Part shown: in pieces, positions 30,476 through 39,396 of the stretch
How positions within the stretch are numbered: the first letter of the stretch is position 1
Layout of the letters: each line of letters starts with the position of its first letter
IMG/VR virus record: IMGVR_UViG_3300042887_002430
Location: 28,483-92,482 of that record
DNA length: 64,000 nucleotides
DNA from: a virus
Reading direction: 5' to 3' (one strand)
The notes under the pieces: model-generated
The model's input: only the letters and a program-made list of their open reading frames with translations
Database searches by the model: none
What the model was told of the DNA's origin: nothing
Position numbers and translations under genes: made by a program

Positions 30476-30563
30476 CTGTGCCGCCTAATCGGCGGCTTTG
30501 AATGTTTAAGCCTTACTGAATTCCAATTTCCAAATGTGGGCCGCCTAATCGGCGGCTAATAAT
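30476..30563 (+). CRISPR. type I-F-like mini-array (2 repeats, 1 spacer), no cas genes in window
   Basis: CTGTG-CCGCC-TAATC-GGCGG-CTTTGAAT, 32-nt spacer, GTGGG-CCGCC-TAATC-GGCGG-CTAATAAT; 60-nt period. Confidence 0.7.
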
Positions 30564-30570
30564 TAAAGAA

Positions 30571-30599
30571 TTGAATAATATTAAATAATCAATTATAAT
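30571..30599 (+). promoter_or_regulatory. sigma70 promoter of the clamp operon
   Basis: TTGAAT-N17-TATAAT. Confidence 0.55.
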
Positions 30600-30627
30600 A
30601 AAAGCTAATAACCTTTACAGGATTCAT

Positions 30628-31311
30628 ATGATTTTAGATAAGGAAACGATTACCATAATTAAAAATGCATTATTGGTATCGAAACAATTTGGGATAAGTG
30701 TTTTAAAAATTGATGATAATGGTATCAGAGGTACTGACGAGGATGGTACGGTAGCATTATTATCACCAATGTCTTTAAATATTGGAGGTACTGTTGGTAT
30801 CAATAGAATAGAATTTTTATTAAACCGTTTGAATATTTTAGATGAGCCTACGGTTGAAATTAATTATGATGCTACTAATATTTCAGAATCTATATCGTTA
30901 TATAATAAAAAGACGGTTATTGAATATAGAACTGCTAATGCTAATAGATTAAAGGTTCCATCTGTGCCTAAAGATGGTGATTTATATCAAATTAGTATTA
31001 CTGAGGATTTGAAGAATACTTTAACCAAAGGTAAGGCTGCAATGAAATCTGACATTATCACTTTACTTTGTAATGATAATAAATTATCATATAAGATTGC
31101 TGACGAAACTAGTGATACTTTATTATATAATGCAGAATATGTAGTAAATATGACAGATGATGAAGAACCAGCAAATTTTGTTAACGTTTATTCAATCAAA
31201 GCATTATTATATGCTTTTAACAGTTGTGATGAAGTTGTAGGTATCGATAAGAAAGGTATTTTACGATTCAACATAAACAATTCAAACATTTACTTATTAC
31301 CAAAAAAATGA
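30628..31311 (+). CDS. sliding clamp-like protein, gp45-like
   Basis: 227 aa with a beta-rich clamp-like pattern, directly after the DNA polymerase. Confidence 0.6.
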   Translation: MILDKETITIIKNALLVSKQFGISVLKIDDNGIRGTDEDGTVALLSPMSLNIGGTVGINRIEFLLNRLNILDEPTVEINYDATNISESISLYNKKTVIEYRTANANRLKVPSVPKDGDLYQISITEDLKNTLTKGKAAMKSDIITLLCNDNKLSYKIADETSDTLLYNAEYVVNMTDDEEPANFVNVYSIKALLYAFNSCDEVVGIDKKGILRFNINNSNIYLLPKK

Positions 31312-31439
31312 AAACATTTATTAACAAACTTATTACTTTTTTCAAAAAATGCAACTGTCAAACATTTCACGTTCATAAACATATTTCTGTACTGGAATGC
31401 AAGGATTGTGGTAGAATAGAATTTTCTAATTGTAGATAA
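31308..31439 (+). CDS. small Zn-ribbon protein (43 aa, not in ORF track)
   Basis: CNC...CKDCG; ATGA overlap with the clamp gene. Confidence 0.5.
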   Translation: MKTFINKLITFFKKCNCQTFHVHKHISVLECKDCGRIEFSNCR

Positions 31440-31448
31440 GGTTTCAAT

Positions 31449-31745
31449 ATGAGCAATATATTAAACAAGCTATATACCACCTATAATAATTTCAAAGATA
31501 ATACTGATGCTACTGATAAAGAACAACCTCATTTTAGTATTAGTTGTAATAATATCGACCCTGTGCATGGCATTCAAATAGATTATGAATATAGAGACGA
31601 TTTTGTAATATATTTAAGAAAGAATGGATATACCGGTATTGACGATGAAACTATATTAAGAAATTTCTTTCTTAAAATGTATGCAGAAATGCATGATAAA
31701 TTAAAAACTAATGGGACTGCCCCTAATTATGGAGAGTTTGAATAA
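31449..31745 (+). CDS. phage hypothetical protein
   Basis: FVIYLRKNGYTG..DE motif. Confidence 0.7.
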   Translation: MSNILNKLYTTYNNFKDNTDATDKEQPHFSISCNNIDPVHGIQIDYEYRDDFVIYLRKNGYTGIDDETILRNFFLKMYAEMHDKLKTNGTAPNYGEFE

Positions 31746-32104
31746 TGATTATTACCGATATTGCACATGAAATTTTACTAACCTATGGTAAAATGTACTT
31801 TGTGGATAATTCAACAGATATTCATGTTGATGCAGTAGATATGGACGACCATGCTCATCATTTTGTAACACCGTATAAGAAAACCTATGCATTAGCATTT
31901 ATTCAATTATCAGAAGATTCTGATAAAAAATATGAATTAGTATTATTTGGCGACAATATTTATCCACTACATTATCAATATGCTTCTGATAATTTAGAAG
32001 AGTGTTATTCATTATTAGAACGACTACATCTAAAAGATTACCAAGTATTAGAAGAAATGACTTATGAATCTGGATTAACATATTGGCCAAAAGATGAAAA
32101 ATGA
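31745..32104 (+). CDS. hypothetical protein
   Basis: 119-aa coupled ORF. Confidence 0.65.
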   Translation: MIITDIAHEILLTYGKMYFVDNSTDIHVDAVDMDDHAHHFVTPYKKTYALAFIQLSEDSDKKYELVLFGDNIYPLHYQYASDNLEECYSLLERLHLKDYQVLEEMTYESGLTYWPKDEK

Positions 32105-33077
32105 TACTACCCATCATATTCTAATATTTGATATGTCTAATATGTTGTATAAGACATTTTATGTTAACAGTAAAGAAACGGATGAAACCACTTTAATACA
32201 GTTAGCATTTACTTCTAGCTTTGCAACATTAAACAAATATTACAAATTATATAAACCATCCAAAGTCATCTTTGCATTTGATAGGACTAATTGGAGGGCA
32301 TCATATACACAATCTGCAGAATGTTATTCTAAAAAATTGTATAAGGGGCATAGACGACAATCTATGACACCTACACAACAACAGATGTATTTGATTTTTA
32401 AACAGTTTATTACAGAATTTGAAAATGTTATTAGAGCCTGTACAGCTATAACATGTTTATCTGCTGATGGTTTAGAAGCTGATGATATTATTGCTGGTGT
32501 CTGTAGGATATATGGTGGTGAAGATACCGCTCCTGATAATGGATGTACATTTCATGATGTAATAGATGACCATAGTGTCACCATTGTCAGTGCCGATAAA
32601 GATTTACTACAGTTATTAAGATATAAGACTGTAGAATTGATTGACCCTGCCACTGGCAGAAATAGAACCGTTGAAAATACTGGTTTTGAATCGGTGGATT
32701 ATTATCTTTATGAAAAGTATATGACTGGTGATGCTGGTGATAATGTTGCCTCTGCATATCCTAGATATCGTAAGGCAAAGATTAAAGCTGCCTATAATGA
32801 TGAATATTTGCATAATAATTTAATGCAAACTGAATGGACCGATATTGAAGAACGAGTGATAGTGGTTGGTGAAATGGTTAAAGAAAACAAACTATTAACC
32901 AATTTAACACACCAACCACATGACATTCAGGATAAATTATGGAACACCATTTTAGAAGGATGTAATGCTAAAAAACGTTATGACCATTTCAAATTTTTAC
33001 AATTCTTGGGAAAATATGATTTGGTTATGGTAAGTAAGTATATAGATTCCTATATGCCTATGTTATCATTACGATGA
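32094..33077 (+). CDS. RNase H / 5'-3' flap exonuclease, T4 rnh-like
   Basis: FDMSN, YKGHR, EADDII, SADKDLLQL and GDAGDNV. Confidence 0.9.
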   Translation: MKNDTTHHILIFDMSNMLYKTFYVNSKETDETTLIQLAFTSSFATLNKYYKLYKPSKVIFAFDRTNWRASYTQSAECYSKKLYKGHRRQSMTPTQQQMYLIFKQFITEFENVIRACTAITCLSADGLEADDIIAGVCRIYGGEDTAPDNGCTFHDVIDDHSVTIVSADKDLLQLLRYKTVELIDPATGRNRTVENTGFESVDYYLYEKYMTGDAGDNVASAYPRYRKAKIKAAYNDEYLHNNLMQTEWTDIEERVIVVGEMVKENKLLTNLTHQPHDIQDKLWNTILEGCNAKKRYDHFKFLQFLGKYDLVMVSKYIDSYMPMLSLR

Positions 33078-33413
33078 TTTAGCTCCTAACCACGTTGGTG
33101 GTGTTAATCCACGGTTTGTTGGAGTATCATCACCATTGGTTGTAGAATCAATAGTGTACCCCGTTGTTAGCCCTACATAAATTAAAGTCACCATTGACAT
33201 ATCAGCCGTTACTAGATTATTAGATAATGCACCAAATATTGCTATTGCGGCGGTGGATAATGATGATATTGTTCCAAAAAAATTAATGGTTCCAAACCAT
33301 TGATATATTGTGACTTGAGTTTCTGACCGTACTTTCTTTTTGGCATAATGCCCAATCATACCTAAAAGAGTTGATAACAAAAATATTAATTGATAAGTTG
33401 ATATGAATTCCAT
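33069..33413 (-). CDS. membrane protein (about 3 TM), possible holin
   Basis: Hydrophobic segments; TATAAATA late promoter just upstream on the minus strand. Confidence 0.5.
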   Translation of the reverse strand: MEFISTYQLIFLLSTLLGMIGHYAKKKVRSETQVTIYQWFGTINFFGTISSLSTAAIAIFGALSNNLVTADMSMVTLIYVGLTTGYTIDSTTNGDDTPTNRGLTPPTWLGAKSS

Positions 33414-33597
33414 CGATTATACTCCTTCAAATGTGTATATTTATATAATACTATAAAAAATCATAGACCCGGTAATTGTCAATATAATCAATAAGTTGAA
33501 AAAATTACAATAAAATTAATAATTTTTATCATGTTCACTTTTTTACATAATAAATATCGCCATAACAAATAGTTATTAATTTTTTTAGGAGTTTTTT

Positions 33598-34017
33598 ATG
33601 TCGCAACAAGGTTATAAATTTATTGAATGGATGGATTTGGATGGTAGTGGTCTGTTAACAGAAGTAGCTATCATGAAACGATTTCCATCTGGTGATGTTG
33701 TATTTTTTAAAGTAAATGATTTAGATGTTATTGATAAGCAAAGATTACGAAATATCATTACTAATCGTAATTCTTCATTATATGATGAATTGTGGAAATT
33801 ATGTGAAATTACTACATTAGGTAATGGTGTCAATGCTTTATCATTCTTTTCACAATTAGCACAAGTTAGACATCATAATGGTCAGATTTCACCGTTTAAT
33901 TCTGGTAAAATTTCAGCACCTCGCCAAGCAGCACCAGTTAATTTTTCAGAACCAACACCTGATGAAGTAGCACCCAGTTTTGACCAAGTAGCCAAACCAG
34001 CAGCAAAAACTAAGTAA
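33598..34017 (+). CDS. phage hypothetical protein
   Basis: LDVIDKQRL...LGNGVNAL..F.QL; strong RBS. Confidence 0.75.
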   Translation: MSQQGYKFIEWMDLDGSGLLTEVAIMKRFPSGDVVFFKVNDLDVIDKQRLRNIITNRNSSLYDELWKLCEITTLGNGVNALSFFSQLAQVRHHNGQISPFNSGKISAPRQAAPVNFSEPTPDEVAPSFDQVAKPAAKTK

Positions 34018-34081
34018 AATTATCGTCAAACATTCATAAATACAGTAATTGATGGATTAACTTTGTACAAAGGAGTGTACT

Positions 34082-34348
34082 ATGTTTGATGAAGTTAATG
34101 ATGATGGCGATATTGCATCTATGTTTGAAGAACGTGACAGGGAAAGAGCCTTACACCAGGTGTTAGGTAACATTCCCCAAAAACGAGATATAGATGCATT
34201 GCTGGAAGATGGAAAACTTTGTGAATGGTGTGACGATATTATACCTATGGAGAGACAACGAATCGTGTTGACATTATTGAAATCATGTGATTATTGTGTT
34301 GAATGTCAAGCACTTATGGAAAAACAAGATTTATTATATTGGGGTTAA
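34082..34348 (+). CDS. TraR/DksA C4 Zn-finger protein
   Basis: DDGDIA (DxxDxA), CEWC..IPMER and CVECQ. Confidence 0.85.
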   Translation: MFDEVNDDGDIASMFEERDRERALHQVLGNIPQKRDIDALLEDGKLCEWCDDIIPMERQRIVLTLLKSCDYCVECQALMEKQDLLYWG

Positions 34349-34356
34349 CCAGTTAT

Positions 34357-34812
34357 ATGAGTTGTAAACATTGTGGTAATTATTTAATCAACCTTTCAGC
34401 AAAATGCTATGATAATTTTTCATTATCATATGATGACCCTAGATTGGTTGATTATAATAATTTAGGGTTTAAATATGATGGCAAAACATTAGAAGTATCT
34501 TATTGTTTACACTGTGGCAAAGTAGATGGTGATTTTCCAGTAGTTATTAAAGAATTGGAAAGAATCGAATCTCCGGCAGTGTACATTGGTGAAATGATTA
34601 AAAAATTCTATGACTATGTTATGATAGGAGATACTAAACATGCTGATGGTATTATGAGGCAGTTAAGTGTCAGGATGTCCCCTACTGACGTATCCACATT
34701 AATCGAATTATGGGCAAATTACGAAAGTATCAAAAACGTATATCCACAATATCCAGAATTTGATGAATGTGTTAAAGAGTTTATTGGACGTTATAACAAA
34801 TACTTATTTTAA
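34357..34812 (+). CDS. hypothetical Zn-binding protein
   Basis: CKHC...CLHC; start placed at MSCKHC. Confidence 0.6.
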   Translation: MSCKHCGNYLINLSAKCYDNFSLSYDDPRLVDYNNLGFKYDGKTLEVSYCLHCGKVDGDFPVVIKELERIESPAVYIGEMIKKFYDYVMIGDTKHADGIMRQLSVRMSPTDVSTLIELWANYESIKNVYPQYPEFDECVKEFIGRYNKYLF

Positions 34813-34820
34813 GGTATTAT

Positions 34821-35123
34821 ATGCTATTAAAAGAAATTGTAAATGGTTTAGATTATGAACATAATGAATTAATCAAAAAAACCATTAGAAAATACGTAAA
34901 TGACCCACATGTTACTATTGATAGTGCGGTAGGGTTAGTAAAAAAAGTCTATGCTGAATTAGGTATAGAAATCCCAAAGTTTGGTGATTCTGCAAAATAT
35001 AATGATTATGAGGATATTAATATTTTTGCAGTGAAAGAATTACAGAAATCTACCGAGAAAGGTGTTCGGGATGATAGTTGGAAAATCACTAAAGATGATA
35101 GTCCGTTTAATAAAGATGTTTAA
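34821..35123 (+). CDS. hypothetical protein, probable internal head protein
   Basis: Leader MLLKEI. Confidence 0.65.
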   Translation: MLLKEIVNGLDYEHNELIKKTIRKYVNDPHVTIDSAVGLVKKVYAELGIEIPKFGDSAKYNDYEDINIFAVKELQKSTEKGVRDDSWKITKDDSPFNKDV

Positions 35124-35218
35124 TACTTAAATTATTGATTATCAACGATAATCAATAATTTTTATTACTATTTTGTACAAATAATTTAAAATAATTTGCA
35201 TTATTATACTAAAAATGG

Positions 35219-35437
35219 TATAAATATAACTGTGAGGTTGTAAAAATCTTGCAAATGATATTATAAAAGTGACAACAAATGGAAAACGATTTAACCCAAG
35301 GTATAGATTCCTATACTTTGAATTTTTGTTTTAACGAATGGTGTTTACTTACGGTAGGTGAGAGTCCTACCAAACACTGTCCACCTCATGCTCCGAACCA
35401 TTGCTGTTTAATGGTCAGTAGCATAAAGGAGATTTTT
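35219..35437 (+). ncRNA. candidate structured 5' leader of the cell-wall hydrolase gene
   Basis: TATAAATA promoter, then about 210 nt with several stems before the AAGGAG RBS. Confidence 0.4.
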
Positions 35438-35875
35438 ATGGTAAGAATTAGTTTTATATTGGGGTGTATGTTATTATCACCTATGGCATTTGCTAAAGAT
35501 GTTGCTAACAATTTAGATAATGATTTAAAATGTATAGTAAAAACAGTATTAGCAGAAGGTGAGAACCAATCAAGAAATGCAAAGGTTGGTATAATGTATA
35601 CAATCAAAAATCGAGTGAAATTATCACATAAGTCCTACTGTTCGGTAGTGAATGCTAAAAATCAGTTTAGCCACAGAATAGTAAAAATAATTCCAAAAAA
35701 GCATAAGCAGATTATAGAACTGGCTAGATTGGTAATGGCAGATAAAATTGCAGATGTGACAAATGGTGCCACATTTTTCAATGATGATTCACTCTCTAAA
35801 AATCCGTTTCGGCATACCGTCCGAACGGTCAAATATGATAATATGATTTTCTACAAATCAATATTACGAGCATGA
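35438..35875 (+). CDS. SleB-like cell wall hydrolase (Hydrolase_2) with signal peptide
   Basis: CIVKTVLAEGE, NRV, QFS and DVTNGATFF; start after the AAGGAG RBS. Confidence 0.85.
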   Translation: MVRISFILGCMLLSPMAFAKDVANNLDNDLKCIVKTVLAEGENQSRNAKVGIMYTIKNRVKLSHKSYCSVVNAKNQFSHRIVKIIPKKHKQIIELARLVMADKIADVTNGATFFNDDSLSKNPFRHTVRTVKYDNMIFYKSILRA

Positions 35876-36015
35876 CGTGCTTGATATTATAATTTAATCA
35901 TTTAATAATATCATCACAACACCCGTTTTCCAAAACATATACCGAACATGATAAATAGTATCATGTTCGGTTTTTAATAAATACGTTTTAATTTCAATGA
36001 AATAGGTACCCACAT

Positions 36016-36144
36016 ATGCAATTATTAAAAGAGCTATATGAAACATACGTTAGCGAGGCAAACATTAGCAAGGAACTTGCCCATAAGGTATATCATGTTG
36101 ATTATTTAAGAAAAAAAACAAAAAAGAAAAAATCTAAAAAATAA
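36016..36144 (+). CDS. 42-aa basic peptide (not in ORF track)
   Basis: MQLLKELYE leader and RKKTKKKKSKK tail; AGGT RBS and ATAAATA upstream. Confidence 0.6.
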   Translation: MQLLKELYETYVSEANISKELAHKVYHVDYLRKKTKKKKSKK

Positions 36145-36166
36145 TGACCATTTTTTATACTAACCC

Positions 36167-37090
36167 ATGGAGTCCGTGATGGAAAACATTGACATTAAAC
36201 AACCCTCAGCAAGCCCTGTCAATGACATCATGCGTCTGGCTGGGATTCAAAATATATTTAAACCAGATTTAACTGTTAATCATGAACAATCGGCAAATGT
36301 TAATAGCATTAAATATATTTTATTAGCTGTAATTGAAAAATATAATAATGCATCGGACCGTAGTAATACACCTAATGCTAGAGCATTATATTCTGAAATT
36401 ATTAATAAATTAGATAGTATTATTGGATATATTAATAGTAATAATAATGATGCTGCTAAACAAGCATATGATAGTTTAGATAGTAATGTGAAGAATAGTA
36501 TCTTAACATTTGATACTAATGACCAATTAGCATCCTTTTTCAAATCTCCAGATGATACACAATCTACTGCTGTCGTAGTCACAACCACTCCTACCTCAGT
36601 GGAAGTATGTGATAAAGATGATAACTCTTGTGATAAAGAAGAAAAAGCAGAAGATGAAGCTAAGGAATCTACAAAAGAGGAAGATGATGAACAAGAGAAA
36701 AAAGAAAAATCTTTGGTAAAGAAGAAAGATAAAGTATCTGAAAGTGTAAAGATAGAAAAAGAAGATAAGGTTACTGTACCAGCAAAAGTGATTGATGCTT
36801 TAAAAATGGCCATCAAAGAATTAAATGATGGTCATAATTTTGATTATGTATCACATTTATCAGGTGTTGAACAGAAATCTAGTAAACAAGCCTATCATCA
36901 AGAAATTTTAGAAACATTGTTAGGATACTTCACCACCCCACATAAAGAATCAGTAAACAATGCTACTACATATATTATGACATTAGATACTGAAGCAAAA
37001 CAACAAATTCCCCTAACTGTATGGGAATATCTCATTAAAGCTAAAGACCCTAAGGACAAAGACGATGAATATTATAAAGCAATTAAATGA
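36167..37090 (+). CDS. probable head scaffold or internal protein
   Basis: IMRLAGI motif and a highly charged central segment. Confidence 0.55.
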   Translation: MESVMENIDIKQPSASPVNDIMRLAGIQNIFKPDLTVNHEQSANVNSIKYILLAVIEKYNNASDRSNTPNARALYSEIINKLDSIIGYINSNNNDAAKQAYDSLDSNVKNSILTFDTNDQLASFFKSPDDTQSTAVVVTTTPTSVEVCDKDDNSCDKEEKAEDEAKESTKEEDDEQEKKEKSLVKKKDKVSESVKIEKEDKVTVPAKVIDALKMAIKELNDGHNFDYVSHLSGVEQKSSKQAYHQEILETLLGYFTTPHKESVNNATTYIMTLDTEAKQQIPLTVWEYLIKAKDPKDKDDEYYKAIK

Positions 37091-37562
37091 AGAAATTGCA
37101 ATCATTGCACAAGAATTAGATGAAGAAGTTATTTCATTTAATGAAAATTGTTTATTTTTAAATGTAGATGCGGTTCAATTATCAGAATCTGCTATTTCAT
37201 TCTTAGATAAATTATCATCAGAAATTATTGAAAATAAATTAGATGAAAGTAGTGCAGCAAATAAAATTGGTGTCTTTTCAGTATTGCAATTAATGAGACA
37301 ACATCAAAAACATCCTGATAAACTATTAGAATCATCTTCTATTCGTGCATACATGAAAAAAAGTGAAGATGCTAATCAAGGGTTAAACGAAGCCGAATCA
37401 TTCCTGTTAGAATCATTATCACAATTAAAATCTGAGCATGATGAGAATGGATTGTCATTGAGACAGCATTACTTAAACATGCTAGAACATGATTCCACAT
37501 TTTTAAATGATGCTGTTGTTCAATTAAAATCGCAATACAAAAAAATTAAATCTAAACTTTAA
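37065..37562 (+). CDS. hypothetical protein, probable internal head protein
   Basis: Leader MNIIKQLNE; many LxE sites. Confidence 0.6.
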   Translation: MNIIKQLNEEIAIIAQELDEEVISFNENCLFLNVDAVQLSESAISFLDKLSSEIIENKLDESSAANKIGVFSVLQLMRQHQKHPDKLLESSSIRAYMKKSEDANQGLNEAESFLLESLSQLKSEHDENGLSLRQHYLNMLEHDSTFLNDAVVQLKSQYKKIKSKL

Positions 37563-37565
37563 GAT

Positions 37566-38036
37566 TTAATTCGGTAGCCCGGTGATTTGCATAAATTGCC
37601 GGGGTACACTAGTCCACAATTCATACCGTTGAACATTATCAGGACTTGACCCAGTTTTATGGTCAATATCAGTACCATTCAAAATAGCATTTCTAATATT
37701 AAACTCATCCTTCAAACCTTTCTGTATATCATATGCCCATAATTCAGTATATGTACCGTCAATATCTTGACGTTTATATATAAGATGTGCATTTTGGATT
37801 TTTCTTAATACCCCTTGTTTATCAGGGTTTTCTTTTTTGTTTTTCTCATCATCTTTTTTATCATCCGATGATTTTTTATCATCACCATCATCAGTGGTTT
37901 TTTCATCTTGTTTGATATCTTTTTCATCCTTGTTATCGGAATTTATTGATTTTTCATCACTTTTTTTAGAATCTTTATCAAATTCTATCAGTTTGAACTT
38001 TTGTTCATATAAATATTGGCTAAATGTTTTATGCAT
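37566..38036 (-). CDS. phage hypothetical protein, probable internal head protein
   Basis: Leader MHKTFSQYLYE; PDKQG..R...AHLIYKR..GTY.ELW. Confidence 0.7.
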   Translation of the reverse strand: MHKTFSQYLYEQKFKLIEFDKDSKKSDEKSINSDNKDEKDIKQDEKTTDDGDDKKSSDDKKDDEKNKKENPDKQGVLRKIQNAHLIYKRQDIDGTYTELWAYDIQKGLKDEFNIRNAILNGTDIDHKTGSSPDNVQRYELWTSVPRQFMQITGLPN

Positions 38037-38072
38037 GTTTAGTTTACCGTATCAATTATAGAAAGGACACAA

Positions 38073-38459
38073 ATGAAAATCAAATTATATTCGATTATAC
38101 ATAATGATATAATCAATGAACCTTATAACTTTATTTCTAAAGTTATATTTACTAATAATACAACAAATGATTGTATTATAGACCATGTAGACCAGAAGTG
38201 GATAATTCTATATGTTATTCCTAATTTTGAATATGTAGATACTGCAATATATAAAATAGCAGATAATTGGTATATAACTGGATATGATAGACCAGTATCA
38301 ATAGCCTTTGAACAATTAGGGGCAAAACATCTAGCAGCCCCATTATTAAAGAAAATAAATTTAAAAAATATACAACAAATAGATGGTCCTATCTTTTCAC
38401 ATATTAATAATAATGCTATTATAAAAAAAGCATCTGCTACTATTATTGATAAATATTAA
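38073..38459 (+). CDS. hypothetical protein
   Basis: 128-aa ORF with an AAGGA RBS. Confidence 0.65.
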   Translation: MKIKLYSIIHNDIINEPYNFISKVIFTNNTTNDCIIDHVDQKWIILYVIPNFEYVDTAIYKIADNWYITGYDRPVSIAFEQLGAKHLAAPLLKKINLKNIQQIDGPIFSHINNNAIIKKASATIIDKY

Positions 38460-38494
38460 ACTTATTAATAGTAAAATTTTTTGGAGTAATAATA

Positions 38495-39187
38495 ATGTTT
38501 TTAAACCCTAGAGATATTAAAGAATTATTGATTAACGGTGAAAAACCATTAACCAGTGTTATAGATATCACAGCAGAACAATTATCATTAATTGATAATG
38601 CATTTAGTTATGTAACAGATAATGTTGCATCTAAACAAGACCAAGGAAAACATGCCGTACCATTGAGTGATTCATTAGAAGCTAATGAAAGATACGGTTT
38701 ACATAGAACCCCTACTAGAAATGAAGACCATGGTTGGTTTTTAAATGCTCAACAAGCATATGTGGTGGATAGTGGATTAACTATTACTGTACCTAACGAG
38801 GTAACAGCATTGTTGGTTAGTAGACCAGAATTAAATGATAATGCACTTAATGTATTGCAAAAAACATTCCCTTCTGGTTATACAGGTAACCTTTCATTTA
38901 TTTTACATAAAATTAATGGTAATTCTTTCTTAGAAAAAGGTACTAAAGTTGCCCAATTATTCTTCATTTCCTCACCAACAGTTGAAATTATTATTCCAAC
39001 TGTAGAAACTACTACGGAAGCACCTATTGTAGAAACTACTACGGAAGCACCTGCTGAAGCTCCTATTGCTATTGTAGAATTACCTACTGAACCAGTAGAA
39101 TCTATTATCGAAACAGTAGAAACTACTACTGAACCTGCGGTAGTAGCAGAAGAATCATCTACTCCTCGTCGTACCAGACCACGTTAA
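38495..39187 (+). CDS. dUTPase/dCTP-deaminase-fold protein with degenerate active site and Thr/Glu/Pro tail
   Basis: SRPEL, FPSGYTG and KGTKVAQL; TTTEAP repeats at the C-terminus. Confidence 0.7.
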   Translation: MFLNPRDIKELLINGEKPLTSVIDITAEQLSLIDNAFSYVTDNVASKQDQGKHAVPLSDSLEANERYGLHRTPTRNEDHGWFLNAQQAYVVDSGLTITVPNEVTALLVSRPELNDNALNVLQKTFPSGYTGNLSFILHKINGNSFLEKGTKVAQLFFISSPTVEIIIPTVETTTEAPIVETTTEAPAEAPIAIVELPTEPVESIIETVETTTEPAVVAEESSTPRRTRPR

Positions 39188-39368
39188 TATATTAAAATAT
39201 TCCCAATGTTTGTAATTATTGAATTTAATAATTACAACCATATGGGAATATTGATATACTAATGTCACTAGGATAATACCGTGGGCTATGCCCCACTACT
39301 ATATGATGTTTTAATACCGTTTATTGCCTTAAACGGTATTTTTATATAAAATTTATAAATTATTATTA

Positions 39369-39396
39369 ATGTGCCGCCGTATAGGCGGTAATAATC
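39369..39396 (+). repeat. solitary type I-F-like CRISPR repeat unit
   Basis: ATGTG-CCGCC-GTATA-GGCGG-TAATAATC. Confidence 0.55.

Noticed and set aside
35279-35437. N-terminal extension of the SleB ORF
   Set aside because: A strong RBS and signal peptide support the start at 35438.
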